A DNA stretch of 60,893 nt, filler included, from Rhizaria sp. SCN 62-66 (Eukaryota), in the NCBI GenBank assembly GCA_001724265.1. It is 2 parts of 2 records of this genome, joined end to end, with 100 filler letters (N's around TTAATTAATTAA, not from the genome) between each part and the next. Parts side by side here need not be neighbours in the genome. Positions count along the whole stretch, not along the records: positions 30,325 to 60,893 come from MEDY01000369.1; 1 more part is not named here. One strand, given 5' to 3'. The position numbers were made by a program, and so were the translations under genes. The notes under the pieces are model-generated. The model saw nothing but the letters and a program-made list of their open reading frames with translations. It was not told the origin of the DNA and did no database searches. Positions 39,624 through 51,279 of this stretch are shown in pieces (the first letter of the stretch is position 1; each line of letters opens with the position of its first letter).

Positions 39624-41426
39624 TTACGCATCGCCAAGGAAAGCATCGATCTCTGCCTCGTCCTCCTCCTTCTGTCTGCGGGCAGCCTCCTCAGCCTCGG
39701 CCGCAGCCTTAGCTCTGGCAGCCTCCTCATCGACCTCGTGCGGGGCCACAGTGCTAAGGAATTGCTTCACCTGCGCCAGCACGGCCGCGAGCTCGCGCTC
39801 CGCGGCGACCTTGCTCTCGTACTCCTCGATGAACACGTCCACCAGCTTCCGGATCGGGCCCAGCGGCATCCCGATCGCGCCGCCGCTCGCGCGCGCGCCG
39901 CCGATGCTGCTCCTGCCGCTGCCAGAGCCCGCCACAGCGGCGAGCGCAGAGGCCATGAACCCGTCTGCCTCGGCAGCGCTGCCCGCGCCCGCTGCGCCGC
40001 CCGCGCCTGCGCCGTCAACCGCGAACGGGTCTGGCCCGTTAGGGTCCAGCGCGCGCACGGCGCGACGCGTGTCTTCAACCGCGGTCTTGACCGTAGCGAG
40101 CTCGGCGGAGCAGTCAGCGTTGACCTTGGCCTGCGAGAACTGCGTCTCGACCCAGTCGTCCTCAGCCTCGCTGAGCTGGTGCGACAGTGCCTCGCACTGC
40201 AGCGCGCTCTGGTGGCAGTCGAGCAGAGTCGTGCGGATCTTGCTCTCCGACACGAGCAGCGCCTGCATCTCGCGGTACTGCCGCTCCAGCGCCAGCGCCG
40301 CGCGCGCGCGTTGGTTGCGCCGCGCGAGCGCGAGAAGCCGCGCGTACGCGTCGTAACCGACGCGGTTGCCCGACAGCGAGCATGTGATGATGAGCTGGTT
40401 CGCGGCAAGCCCGTCGAGCAGCGCGCGCGCGGCCGCGTCGTCGAGCTCGTTGTCGCGCAGGTGCAGCGTCGACAGCGACGCGTTGTGGTGCAGCGCGGCG
40501 CCCAGCGCGCGCCCGCCGCGGCGCGAGATGCGGTTCAGCCCCAGATCGAGGCTGCGAAGCGGGCACTCGCAGCCGGGCGCGAGCAGCGTCGACGCGATCG
40601 CCACCGCGCCCGCGTCGCCAATGCGGTTCGCCGCGAGCGTGAGCGACAGCAGCGCCTTGTGCGCCGCGAAGCGCGTGGCGAGCAGCGCGGCCAGCGCGTC
40701 GCCGACGCCGGAGGCGGACATGGACAGGCGCTGCAGAGACGTGTTGCGGCTCACGCGCGACGAGATCGCAGGCGCAGAGCCCGCGCCTGCGGCCGCAGCA
40801 GCAGACGCGGCTGCAGCGGCCGCGGCCGTCGAAGAGGATGAGGACACGGACGCGCTAGCAGCAGAAGAGGAAGGTGAGGACGAGTCGGACATGGGCATCA
40901 TGTCCATCAGCCCGCCGCCAGAGGAGCCGCCTGCAGGCATGAACGAGAAGGCGCCGATGCCACCCTTGTCCGCGCCCGCGCCCGCCGTGCCCGAGGCGGC
41001 AGAAGCGCCGCCCGCGCCAGTCGACTCGCCGGACGCGGCCGATGCCGCGGCCGTGGCCGCCGCCTCGCGCCGCTGCGGCAGCGCGAAGTCGTTGCGATCG
41101 AGCAGCAGCACTTCGATGCTGGGCGAGTCTGCGAGCGCGTCCGTGAGCAGCCCCAGCCCCTTGACGCGGATGCCGCAGTCGGAGAGATCGAGGCGCTTAA
41201 GCGTGACGTCGCGGCGCAGCAGGTTCGCCATCACGGCCGCGCCCGCGTCGCCCAGCGCGTTGTTGCCCGCGAGGTTCAGTGAGACGAGCCCGGCCTTGCG
41301 CGTCACGGCCGCGGTCGCGGCGGCAGCGGCCGCGGCGGCGGGCGGGAGTAGGGAGAGAGAGGACAGAGACCGCGTGCGACGGTTGCTGACCGTGCCTGCG
41401 CCAGCAGCAGCCGCAGTGGCGGCAGC

Positions 41427-41461
<35 letters not shown>

Positions 41462-44400
41462 AGGCAGCAGCGGCAGCGGCAGCGGCGGTGGACGCGGAGG
41501 CCGCGCCTGACGCCGACGCCGCGGCCGCCGCGCTAGTGCTATTGGTGACACTGACGGCAGCCGCCTCAGCAGCAGCAGCGGCAGCCTTGGCCGCCGCCGC
41601 CGCCGCCGTGGCCGCGGCCTTGGCCCTGGCGCGGGCGCGCTCGGGGTCCGTCTCCTTGGCGGGGAACGTGGTGACGGCGCGCACGGCGAGCGCGTCGGCA
41701 ATGCTGCGCACGTGCGCGGCCGAGAGCGCGTTGTTGCTGAGGTCGAGGTGCTTGATTGCGTAGTTCTCGCGCAGCCCCGCGGCGAGGAGCGCGGGCGCGG
41801 AGGTAACGAGCCCGAGCCCTATGTTGGACAACGAGAGTGTGGTGATGGAGCAGTTAAACATGACCATGCGCGACAGCGAGCGCGAGCCGCGCAGGCCGAG
41901 GTGCATGGGCGCGCCTGACGACAGCGAAGATAGGTCCAGCGCGCGCAGAGTCACGTTCTCGCGCGATTCCCACTGTCCCGGCGCAGAGCGCGACAGACGG
42001 CTCGCGAGACTCGCGATCATCGCGCCCGCCGCAGCGCCAGCACCAGAGCTACCACTGATACTGCTGCTGCTGCTGGTCGTGAGAAAGCCGGTGCCCGCCA
42101 GCGGCAGTGGCAGCGGCTCCGAGTTGACGAGGTCCGATCTCTCGGCGTCGGCCACAGCGGCCTCGGTGGCGCGCTTGAGAGCGTTGTCATACGCGGCCGC
42201 GGCGCCGAGGCGGACGGAACGCTGCGACGCCGCCAGCGCGCTTGCGGTGGCCTGTGCCTTGTCGCGCGCCGAGAGCGCCGCAGTGGCTGAGTCGAGGTTG
42301 GCGTCGTCAGCAGCGTTCTTGCCGGCGCCGCTGGCACTGCCGCCGCCGTTGCCCGCGCCGCGGCCGCTGTTGAGGCCCAGAGTGACGTGGCGGCCTGTGC
42401 TGTTGCCGGCGCCGGCGTCGTCGTCGCAGTCGTCGTCGTCGTCGTCCTCGGCACAGCCGTTGTCGCGCCGGTCGTCCTCGTCGTCGTCCTCGCCGACAAC
42501 CGCGACCGACGCCGCGGTCGCCGTGGTGTTCAGAGTGACCGTGGTGGCCGATGCAGCCACCGCGGCGGCCGCCACGGCCCTGCGGACCTTGCCGCGCGCG
42601 ATCTTGATGTCTCCGCCCAGCACGTCGCACAGCGCCGCGATGCCCCACTGCGAGAGCCCTGTGGAGGCGAGTTTCAGCACGCGGAGGTCGGGGCTAGCGC
42701 GCAGCGCTTCGGCGATGAAGAACGCGCCCTCGTCGCCCAGCGCGTTGCTGCTCATGTCCAGCTCGTGCACAGGGCGCGGTGCGCGGGCAGCGGCAATGGA
42801 GGCCGCGGTAACGGTGTTTCCGTCGTTGTCCTCGTCCTTGCTGTTGTTGCGCTCGCCATCTTCCTCGTCGTCTTCGTCGTCGTTGTCATCGTCGTCGTCA
42901 TCGTCGTCGTCCTCTTCGTCTTCGTCGCTGTTGTCGCCATCCTCGTCGTCCGACACGCCCCACGTCGCCATACGCACCGCCTCGCGCTCCAGCGCCTTGC
43001 GGCCCACACTCGCGCCAACCGTCGCGCCCACGCCGGTGCTCGGGACAGGCGCGGACACAGCCTCACTCGCGGTCTCAGAACCAGCCGCTCCGTGACCGTG
43101 ACCGTGGCCGTGGCCGTGGCCGGCGACGGGCGGCGCGTCGACGCGGACGGTCAGCGGCAGCCTGCCGACGCCGCTGCCGCGCGCGGGCGCGACCGTGGGC
43201 GCTGGGAGCGCGGTGGACGTGGCCGTGGCCGCCGCCGACCCTGTCGCGGACGCAGTCGCCGCGGCAGAGGCGGTGGCGGCCGTGAGCGCGCGTGCCGCAA
43301 CGGCCTGCACGAGGCGCGAGACCGCGGCTTCCATCACGTACTCGGCGACGACGGCGGCCGCGCGGGCGCCGAGGCCGCGGGAGGCGAGCCGCAGACGGCC
43401 GCAGTGCGCGTCGCCGCGCAGCTGCGTCACGAAGCGGTCCTCGCGAGCCTCGGCCGAGGACGTCTGCAGTGCTAGAGAGCCACCCGTCAAACTATTACTT
43501 GACGGGCCACTGCCGCTACTGATGCTGTTGCTGGTGCCATCGGCTGCGGTCTTGCCCTTGCTCTTGCTAGTGCTCACGACTGTGCGCGAGCGCGCGCTGG
43601 CGCTGGAGCCGAACACGGGCTGCTTGGGCCTGCTGACCGCGCTCTTGTTGTTAGCACTGTTCGCAGCAGAGCCGCCGGGCAGCGTCGTGGTGGTGACCGA
43701 GTCTGCGCAGCGCGCGCGGAACAGCCGGCTCAGCATCGCCGCCAGCGCGCGAACCTGCGCGCGCGTGCGGGCCGCCGCACGGGCCTTCTCGCTGTTGCCC
43801 GCCGCGGCGGCTGCTGCCGCCGCTGCAGCGGTAGCCGCGGCGGCTTCCTCGGCCTCGCGCGCGGCAGCGGCGGCGGCGGCGGCGGTGGCGGCGGGCCCCG
43901 CGGCGGCGGCGGCGGCAAGCGCGGGCGGCAGCCACGGCGCGGCGTTGCGCGGCGTCGGCGTGAACCCCGCGCGGCCGCCCGCCGCGGGCGACGGCGACGG
44001 CGAGCGGCGCGCGCGGCTGGCGGCGCGCGAGGGCGAGCTCAACGGCGACGGCGACGACGCCGGAGACGCCAAGGGGCCGGTCGCGCCGGCGGCGGGGGAT
44101 GGGGACGGCGCGGGCACGACCACGGGCGCCGGCGCGCCGCCACTGACGCTGCCGGGGAGCGCGAAGCTGCTGTTGTTAATGGTGGAGCTGGGAACCCACG
44201 GAGCAGCGTTGCTGGCGTTGGCGGAAGCGGCATTGGCAGCGTTGGCGGGCGCGTACAGCGGGGGCGCGTGCGGGTGCATGACGAGCCTGATGTCGCTGCT
44301 GCTCAGCGCGGAGCTGCTCACAGTCGTGGCCGCGGCCGTCGTCGCTGCCGCTGCCGCTGTCCCTGCAGTCGCAGCCACAGGCGCAGCGGGAGTGGCGCCT

Positions 44401-47400
44401 GGTTCGCTTGAGTTCGCGCCAGTCGCCGTCGCAGTCAGAGTCGCAGCAGAGACGTTCGCAGCGCTGGACGCGTCAGCACCAGCAGCAGCAGGAGTCGTGA
44501 CAGTCGTCGCGGGGGCGGGTGCGGGCGCAATGGCAATGGCGGAGGGCGCGAGAACCGAGTAGGACCGCAGCACGACCGCCTGCGCAGGTTGGTACGGCGC
44601 GGGTGGGAACGGCGGCCGCCGCGCCTCGACGAGCAGCAGACACGGCGCAGCGGCGGCCGTGGCTGCGGCGTGCGAGGACCGCGGCGACAGCGGCTGCGCG
44701 AGCCCACGTGACGCGCCGCGCAAGCCGCCGCCCGCGGAGCCCGGGGTCGGGGACGCGGTGCCGGCGCGAGAGCGCGACGACAGCAGCGCCGTGGAGGTGG
44801 CGGACGACGGCGAGGCCGAGGGGAGCGAGAAGAGCGTGCGGCGGCTGCCGGGACCCATCCCCGAGGCGGCCGCAGCGGCGGCGGCGGCGGCCACGGCGGC
44901 GGGCTGCATGCTCTTGTCCGAGATCGCTAGCGGTGTGGCGACGGGCCGGCCCTTGGCGGCGACGGCGGCGGCCACGGCCACGGTCGCGCTGCCCAGCAGC
45001 CTGCTGCGCGCGCCCGCCGCAGACAGTGCCGCAGTGCGCGCGTGATAGATGTCGACGCGCAGCAGCAGCTGCGGCGCAGCGAACCCCGCGCTGTCGGTGA
45101 CGGGCACGGGAAGGTAAGGGATCGTGATGCCCGGCTCAAACAGCGGCGAGGTCTCGTTGACTGTGGGCGCGGTTCGGCCCACGAACATCCACTCGACGTC
45201 GCCGTCCCCCGCCCCGCCCATAGTGGCGCAGGCCGCGCCGCTGGTTGCGGTGGGTGAGGACGCAGCGAGCGCGATCGACGCCGGCACCGCGCCAGCAAAG
45301 CCCACTGTGCCCTGGAACTGGCCCTGGATCTGGCTCAGACTCAGACTTTGCGCAGCCGTGAGGGCGGGCGCCGCGAGGTTGGGCGCGCCGCTGGAGGGCG
45401 ACGTGAGCGGCGAGAGAGCCTGTGCCTGCGACAGCGCGCGCGACGCCGACGACGCCGACAGCAGCGCGGTACGCGGGACTCCTAGGTACGCGACGGCGAA
45501 GGTCGAGTTGAGCACCTTGACGTTCGCGGGGTGTGGGAGGTCCTGCAGCGACACGTGCAGCGTCAGCGTCTGCGTCGCCGCGGCCGACAGCCAGGCAGGG
45601 ATGACCACCTTAGCCGACGTCGCGGGCGCGGTGTGACGGCCGCTGCCGCCGCTGCCGCTGTTGCTGCTGTTGCGGCTGTTGTTGTTGGAGCGGCGCAGGC
45701 GCAGCGCACCGGGGCCGCTGCGGACGGAGTAGGCGTCGCTGCGCTCGGCTTCGTCGCTGTCGCCATCATCGTCGCCGCCGCCGTTGGGGCCGTCATCGTT
45801 GTCGTCGCTGTAGCCAAGCCCAGGGCTCGTGCCGCTGAGACGCCTGTTGCCGCCCGCGCGCGCCCGCACTCTCGACTCGCTATCGAGCTCGCCGCTGCCG
45901 GCCGCGGCGATCGCCGCCGCCGTGGCCGCGGCCGCAGCGGCGTCGACATCGTCGTCGGCGTCGCCGTCGTAGTGCGTTTGCCCCGACAGCGACACGGAGC
46001 CCAGCAGCCGCTCCATGAGCGCGCTCGCTCGCGCCTCGGCGGCCGCGCGCGCCTCGGACTGCGGCAGCACGCCCGCAGCCGCGGCCGCAGCCGTAGTCGC
46101 AGCCGGTGCAGCGCCGTGGTTCGCGCCGCCGTCGCCGTATTTCGCTGTGTCGGCTGCGGCTGCTGACTTAGCCTGCAGCGCGGCGGCCACGGCGGCGCCC
46201 GCGGCGATGGCGGCCGCGGCGGCGCGCTTGGCCTTCTTGCCCTTCTTCTTGCCGGCCGCGAGCGCCGCGGCGGCCGCGGCGGCCGAGGCGGCGGTGGTGG
46301 CCGCGCTGGCGCCGGCGCCGGGCATGTTGCCGTAGTCGCTGACGCCCGCAATGATGACACCGCCAACAGTAAGCGGTGGCGGCGGCGGCGGCGGCGCAGC
46401 CAGAGCTGGCAGCGGCAGCAGCGAGTGCCCGGGCCCGAGGCTGTGGCTATGGCCGTGGCCGTGACCGGGGAGGAGAGCGGAGTGGCCGTGGCCGTGCGCG
46501 TGGGGCTGGGCAAAGGGGTTTGAGCCGGCGCCACGCGTGCCGAGGCGGCTGAAGCCCGCGCCGTGCACCAGCAGCCCTGGAGCGGTCGGCAGCTGCGCCG
46601 AAATGGACCCACTGTGACTCTGGCTCGGGTGCTGGTTGTGGTGGATGAGACCGGGCTGGGCCTGAGGGAACGAGTCCTGACTCTCACTTGCTCCTGCCGC
46701 AGCAGTTGCGGCGGCCGCAGCGGAGGCAGCGGTCGGGCTTGTGATGAGCTGCAGGGGGGCGGGGCGAACTGCTGCTGGAATAGGCAGTGCGCTTGCATCT
46801 TTTTTCTGATCATCATCCTCGTCCTCGTCCTCATCGCCGTCATTAGCGTCGTCGTCGTTGTCCTCATCATCTTCGTGGCTGGGCCTTCTATCGCCAACGC
46901 TGTCGTCGCTGTCACTGACGACATCGTTGTTGTCGTCGTTATTGTTTGCGGCGCGACGCACACGCTGCTGTTGCTGCGGCTGCTTTTGCTGCGGCGGCTG
47001 CTTTGCGTCAGAGTCGCCGTCGCCGTCGCTGTCGCCGTCGTCGCTGTCAGTGTCGGTCGCGGACTGCGCGGGCGGCAGCGAGAAGACCGGCGCCGGATGG
47101 CCGTGCGAGGGCGTCACGCTCTGCGGCGCTGCAAAGCCGAAGCTGTGCGTGAGGCTGTGCGCAGGCAGTGATAACGCTCCAAGCGACCCGTGACTGTGCT
47201 GCTGCTGCTGCTGCTGCTGTTGCTGCTGGGCCCAGCCTTCGGCGCCGCGGCGCACGCCGGCCCGCTCCAGCGCAGTCGCGTGCGCGCGCGCCAGGGACCG
47301 CAGCGCGCCGGCGCCCGCCGCCGCCGCCGCCGCCGCCGCAGCGGGAGCCAGCGTGGGCTCCACAGGTCCCAGAGGCGCGGCAGCAGCAGTCGCCGTCGCC

Positions 47401-47601
47401 GCGGTTGCGGCGGTGGGCGCAGCAGCCACGTGCGCGGCGCCTGTCGACGCGAACATAGCAGAAGAGCCAGCGCCAGAGCCAGCGCCAAGAGCGCTGAGAG
47501 CGCCGGAGGCGGCGGAGGACGAGGAGGGGACTGCGAGGGAGTACGTGCGCACGTGCGAGAACGGCGGCAGAGGTACCAGCACGCCGGAGCCCGCGGCGGG
47601 C

Positions 47602-47639
<38 letters not shown>

Positions 47640-48506
47640 CGACGCGGCGGCGTTGTTGGACGGCAGCGGCGGCGGCAGCGACAAAGCGAGGGCGATGGCC
47701 CCGTTCGCGGTGCCGGCGCCGCGCGGGGCCAGCGTCGACCGGTGCAGGTGCACGCCCGCGCCCGCGCCCGTGGCGGAGAATTTGGCGCCCGCGCGTGAGC
47801 TGGCGGTGGCGGGGGCCGTCGCCGCGGTGGCGGCCGCGGTGGCGGCCGTGGCGGAGTCACGCAGACGCAGGATGTTGATGTAGCCGGTGGAGGACAGGAG
47901 CGGCACGCGTGCGCCCTCAGTCGCGCCGCCCTGTCCGCCCGCGCCTAACGCCGCCGCGGACGAGGCGGCGGCGGCGGCGGCGGCGGCGGCGGTCGAGGCC
48001 GAGTAGGTCGAGAGAGTTGTGTCGTAGGAGAAGATGTTCGAAGACGCGCACGAGTAGCGTACCAGCGGGAGACCGCCGTCTGAGCCGCCGCCGGTGCCAT
48101 CGGCGTCAACACCCGCGCCCGCGCCAGCGGGGTCCAGCGACGGGTCCGTCTGCGACGCCGCAGCGGCCGCAGCGGCGGCGTTGCTGTTATTGCCGTTGTT
48201 GGCAGCAGCAGCGCCGCGCTTGCGCTGCGGGGGCAGCAGGAGCGAGCTGAGGAGTGCCATCGCGGGGTCGCTGGACGCCGTGACAAGCGGGCGCATCAGC
48301 GGGTCATCGTCGTCCAGTACGGGCGGGCCCTGGGGCGCGCCGCGGCGCGAGGAGCCGCTGCCACCAGATCCTGAGCCAGAGCCTGAGCCTGTCCCGCCAG
48401 CGCCTGAGCCCGACGCGGAGGTCTGGATGAAGGCGAGCGAGCTGGCGGGCTTGCGGCGCATCTCCGGGGGGAGCTCGGGGCGCTTGGAGCGCCGCACGGT
48501 GCTCAT
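39624..48506 (-). CDS. Large C2-domain + RNI/NLRC3-like leucine-rich-repeat protein with C-terminal coiled coil (about 2960 aa, intronless)
   Basis: Copine-like C2 pieces 'LTLHVSLQDL..WMFVGRT..SPLF..LLRVDIYH..LLGSATV'; many 'LxxLdLsxNxlgdxGa' LRRs; stop TAA. Confidence 0.8.
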
Positions 48507-49243
48507 GGGGCAGCCGGGTGAGACGACAAGGACTTGGGACAAGGAGGAGGACGGGAAGGGAAGAGAGGAGTGTGTTTTCGCGAAACTGGAGCAGGGGACA
48601 CAGAGACAGAGACGCATCGTGAGCGTTTGTAATAAGTGTATAAGTTAAATTAACTCAACTGTTAGACCATATTTACTGCGCAGAAGTATACACGAAGAGA
48701 GTGACGCAGTAGAGTTGCGTTTATGCCCCGTGACGGTTACACTCGCTCGTGTCTCTGGATCTTGTGGTTCGCAAAAATGACTGGGCGGCAGTGGTGGTGC
48801 CAATCGAAATTGGTCTAGACCAAGACCGGGTTGATCTTGGATGATACCGTGACGTCGGTTAAAACATCTTTGAGCTAGGCATATAACTAATTTAGATCTA
48901 AACGTGTTGCTTTTATCTCTCTTGGATGTTTTTGTTCTCTTTTGACGGACTCTGACTTTGTACTCGCGTCTTTTCGTCGGTGGCGCAATCGAGTCAGAGC
49001 GGCGTCATCACCGCAGCTTTTGACGACTCGTGTGCTACCATCTCTCACCATGTGCAGATAAACTCTGGTTCACATGACACAACTCACTTATTAAAATGCC
49101 ACTGTTACTCTTTTATCTTTTGCTCAGGCCTTCACAGCCTTCCAGCCTCCACCCCAGCCCCCCAACCCTCCAACCCCAGCTTTCGCCTCGAGCGCCCCCC
49201 GTCCCACCGCGCCGTCCCGCGCCCGCGCCGTTTCCCCGCCACC

Positions 49244-50708
49244 ATGTCCACCACGTACGACAAGATCAAGGAGATCGAGGAGGAGATGCTCCGCACCCAG
49301 AAGAACAAGGCGACGTCCTACCACATCGGTCAGCTCAAGGCCAAGATCGCCAAGCTGCGCCGCGAGCTCATCTCGCCCTCGACCGCGGGCGGCAAGCAGG
49401 CCGGCGAGGGCTTCGACGTCTCTAAGACGGGCGACGCGCGCGTCGGTATGATCGGCTTCCCCTCGGTCGGCAAGTCGACGCTGCTGACGAAGCTCACCGG
49501 CACGTTCTCCAAGGCCTCCGCGGAGGAGTTCACCACGCTGACTTGCATTCCTGGCGTGTTCAAGTACAAGGGCTGCCGCATCCAGCTGCTCGACCTGCCC
49601 GGTATCATCGAAGGCGCCAAGGACGGCCGCGGTCGTGGTCGCCCTGTTATTGCCGTCGCGCGCACGTGCAACCTCATCCTCATCACGCTCGACGCGTCCA
49701 AGCCTATGACCCACAAGCGCATTATCGAGAAGGAGCTCGAAGGCTTCGGCATCCGCCTCAACAAGAAGCCCCCCGCGATCATCATCAAGAAGCGCGAGAA
49801 GGGCGGCATCTCGCTCACCACCACGCTTAAGCTCACGCACCTCGACAAGGACCTCGTGACCATGATCCTCCGCGAGTACCGTATCTCCAACGCCGACATC
49901 ACCATCCGCCAGGTAAGATTTATATCTAATAATCGCTCTTTATACTGATATAGCGTTGTATAATAGCGGTTCACTTAGCGTTTAGATGTTTTGATCTATT
50001 TTCTGTTCTAAATCATGAATTTCTTTTTCTTCTCTCACTCATTATCTCATTTTATGTCTCTTTTTGCTTTCTCCAACTTTCACTTCGACTTGACTTAGGA
50101 CGCGACGGTGGACGAGCTGATCGACGTGATCGAAGGCAACCGCATCTACGCCTCTGCCATCTACGTCATGAACCTCATTGACAAGATCACCATCGAGGAG
50201 CTCGACTTGCTCGCCACTGTCCCCCACTACGTGCCCATCTCGGCCGCCAAGGAGTGGAACTTCGACGAGCTGCTGGAGAAGATGTGGGAGTATCTCGGCA
50301 TGCTCCGCATCTACACCAAGCCCAAGGGCATGATGCCTGACTACGACGACCCGGTCGTGATGCCCGCCGAGAACTGCACCGTCGAGAACCTCTGCCGCCG
50401 CATCCACAAGGTACGGGAACGGACTACTACGACTAGATGGTATCAAGCTGTTTAATGTCATTTTGTTCGATTCAAGTGTTTTATGCCAATCCACTCATTA
50501 ATGCGTCTATTTTATGCTTATTTTTTTCTCGTTTTGTTGTTGTTTTGTCGTCAATTATAAATTGTAGTCGCTGCTCGAGTCGTTTAAGCACGCTATCGTG
50601 TGGGGCAAGTCCGTCAAGCACAACCCCCAGCGTGTCGGCAAGTCGCACGAGCTCATGGACGAGGACGTCGTCCAGATCGTCAAGCGCGCCTCCGGCTCCT
50701 CCATCTAA
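49244..50708 (+). CDS. DRG1: Developmentally regulated GTP-binding protein (OBG family, DRG1/Rbg1 type); exons 49244-49912, 50099-50410, 50568-50708 (373 aa)
   Basis: '[21 protein letters not shown]', 'EFTTLT', 'DLPGIIEGA', TGS tail '[23 protein letters not shown]'; two phase-0 GT-AG introns; stop TAA. Confidence 0.93.
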
Positions 50709-51279
50709 GCAGCGAAACACACTCAGTGTTCAGTGCGTTGCGTGTTGACTGTGCAAGTCCGAGTTGGTTCGTGTGAAGTTCGTGTGAAGTGAAGTTTAGA
50801 AGATTGTTTCTGTCTATGTAAGTTTCGTTTTAGTTTTCGTCGTATCTTTTTTTCTATTTTGTTGAGGCTTGGGCGGCAATGTGGGCAGCGAGACAGGGCG
50901 TACGGTGAGTTATGCTAGTACGTGGTTGCTTCCAGCTGTGTTATGTTGATGTGATTGTTTCCATACATTATATCGCCTTTTTGTAGATTTCTGGGAGGTA
51001 ACCACCAATTAAGCTTATCTAAGTTTAGGACATTTTGCACTGAGTAGAAAAGCAAATGGAGTTCATCAAACAACTAGTTATTAGTGTATATACCATTATC
51101 ACAGTCACTTTAAGCTGGTTTTGTATTTGTGCCACGCACCCTTGGCCATTGTGACCGTTGGCCGTGGTGGTGCGGCTGTTGCTGACGAGTGTGGGACCGG
51201 CTAACTTCGGTTGTGATTATCTCGACCAAGCGTTCGTCCAGAGTCGTCAAAGTAAGTCCCCACTTGTGTTCATTGCAGA

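Noticed and set aside
48700-48860. GTGACG(T/C) CRE-like motifs in promoter regions
   Set aside because: Too short and too few to call without enrichment statistics.
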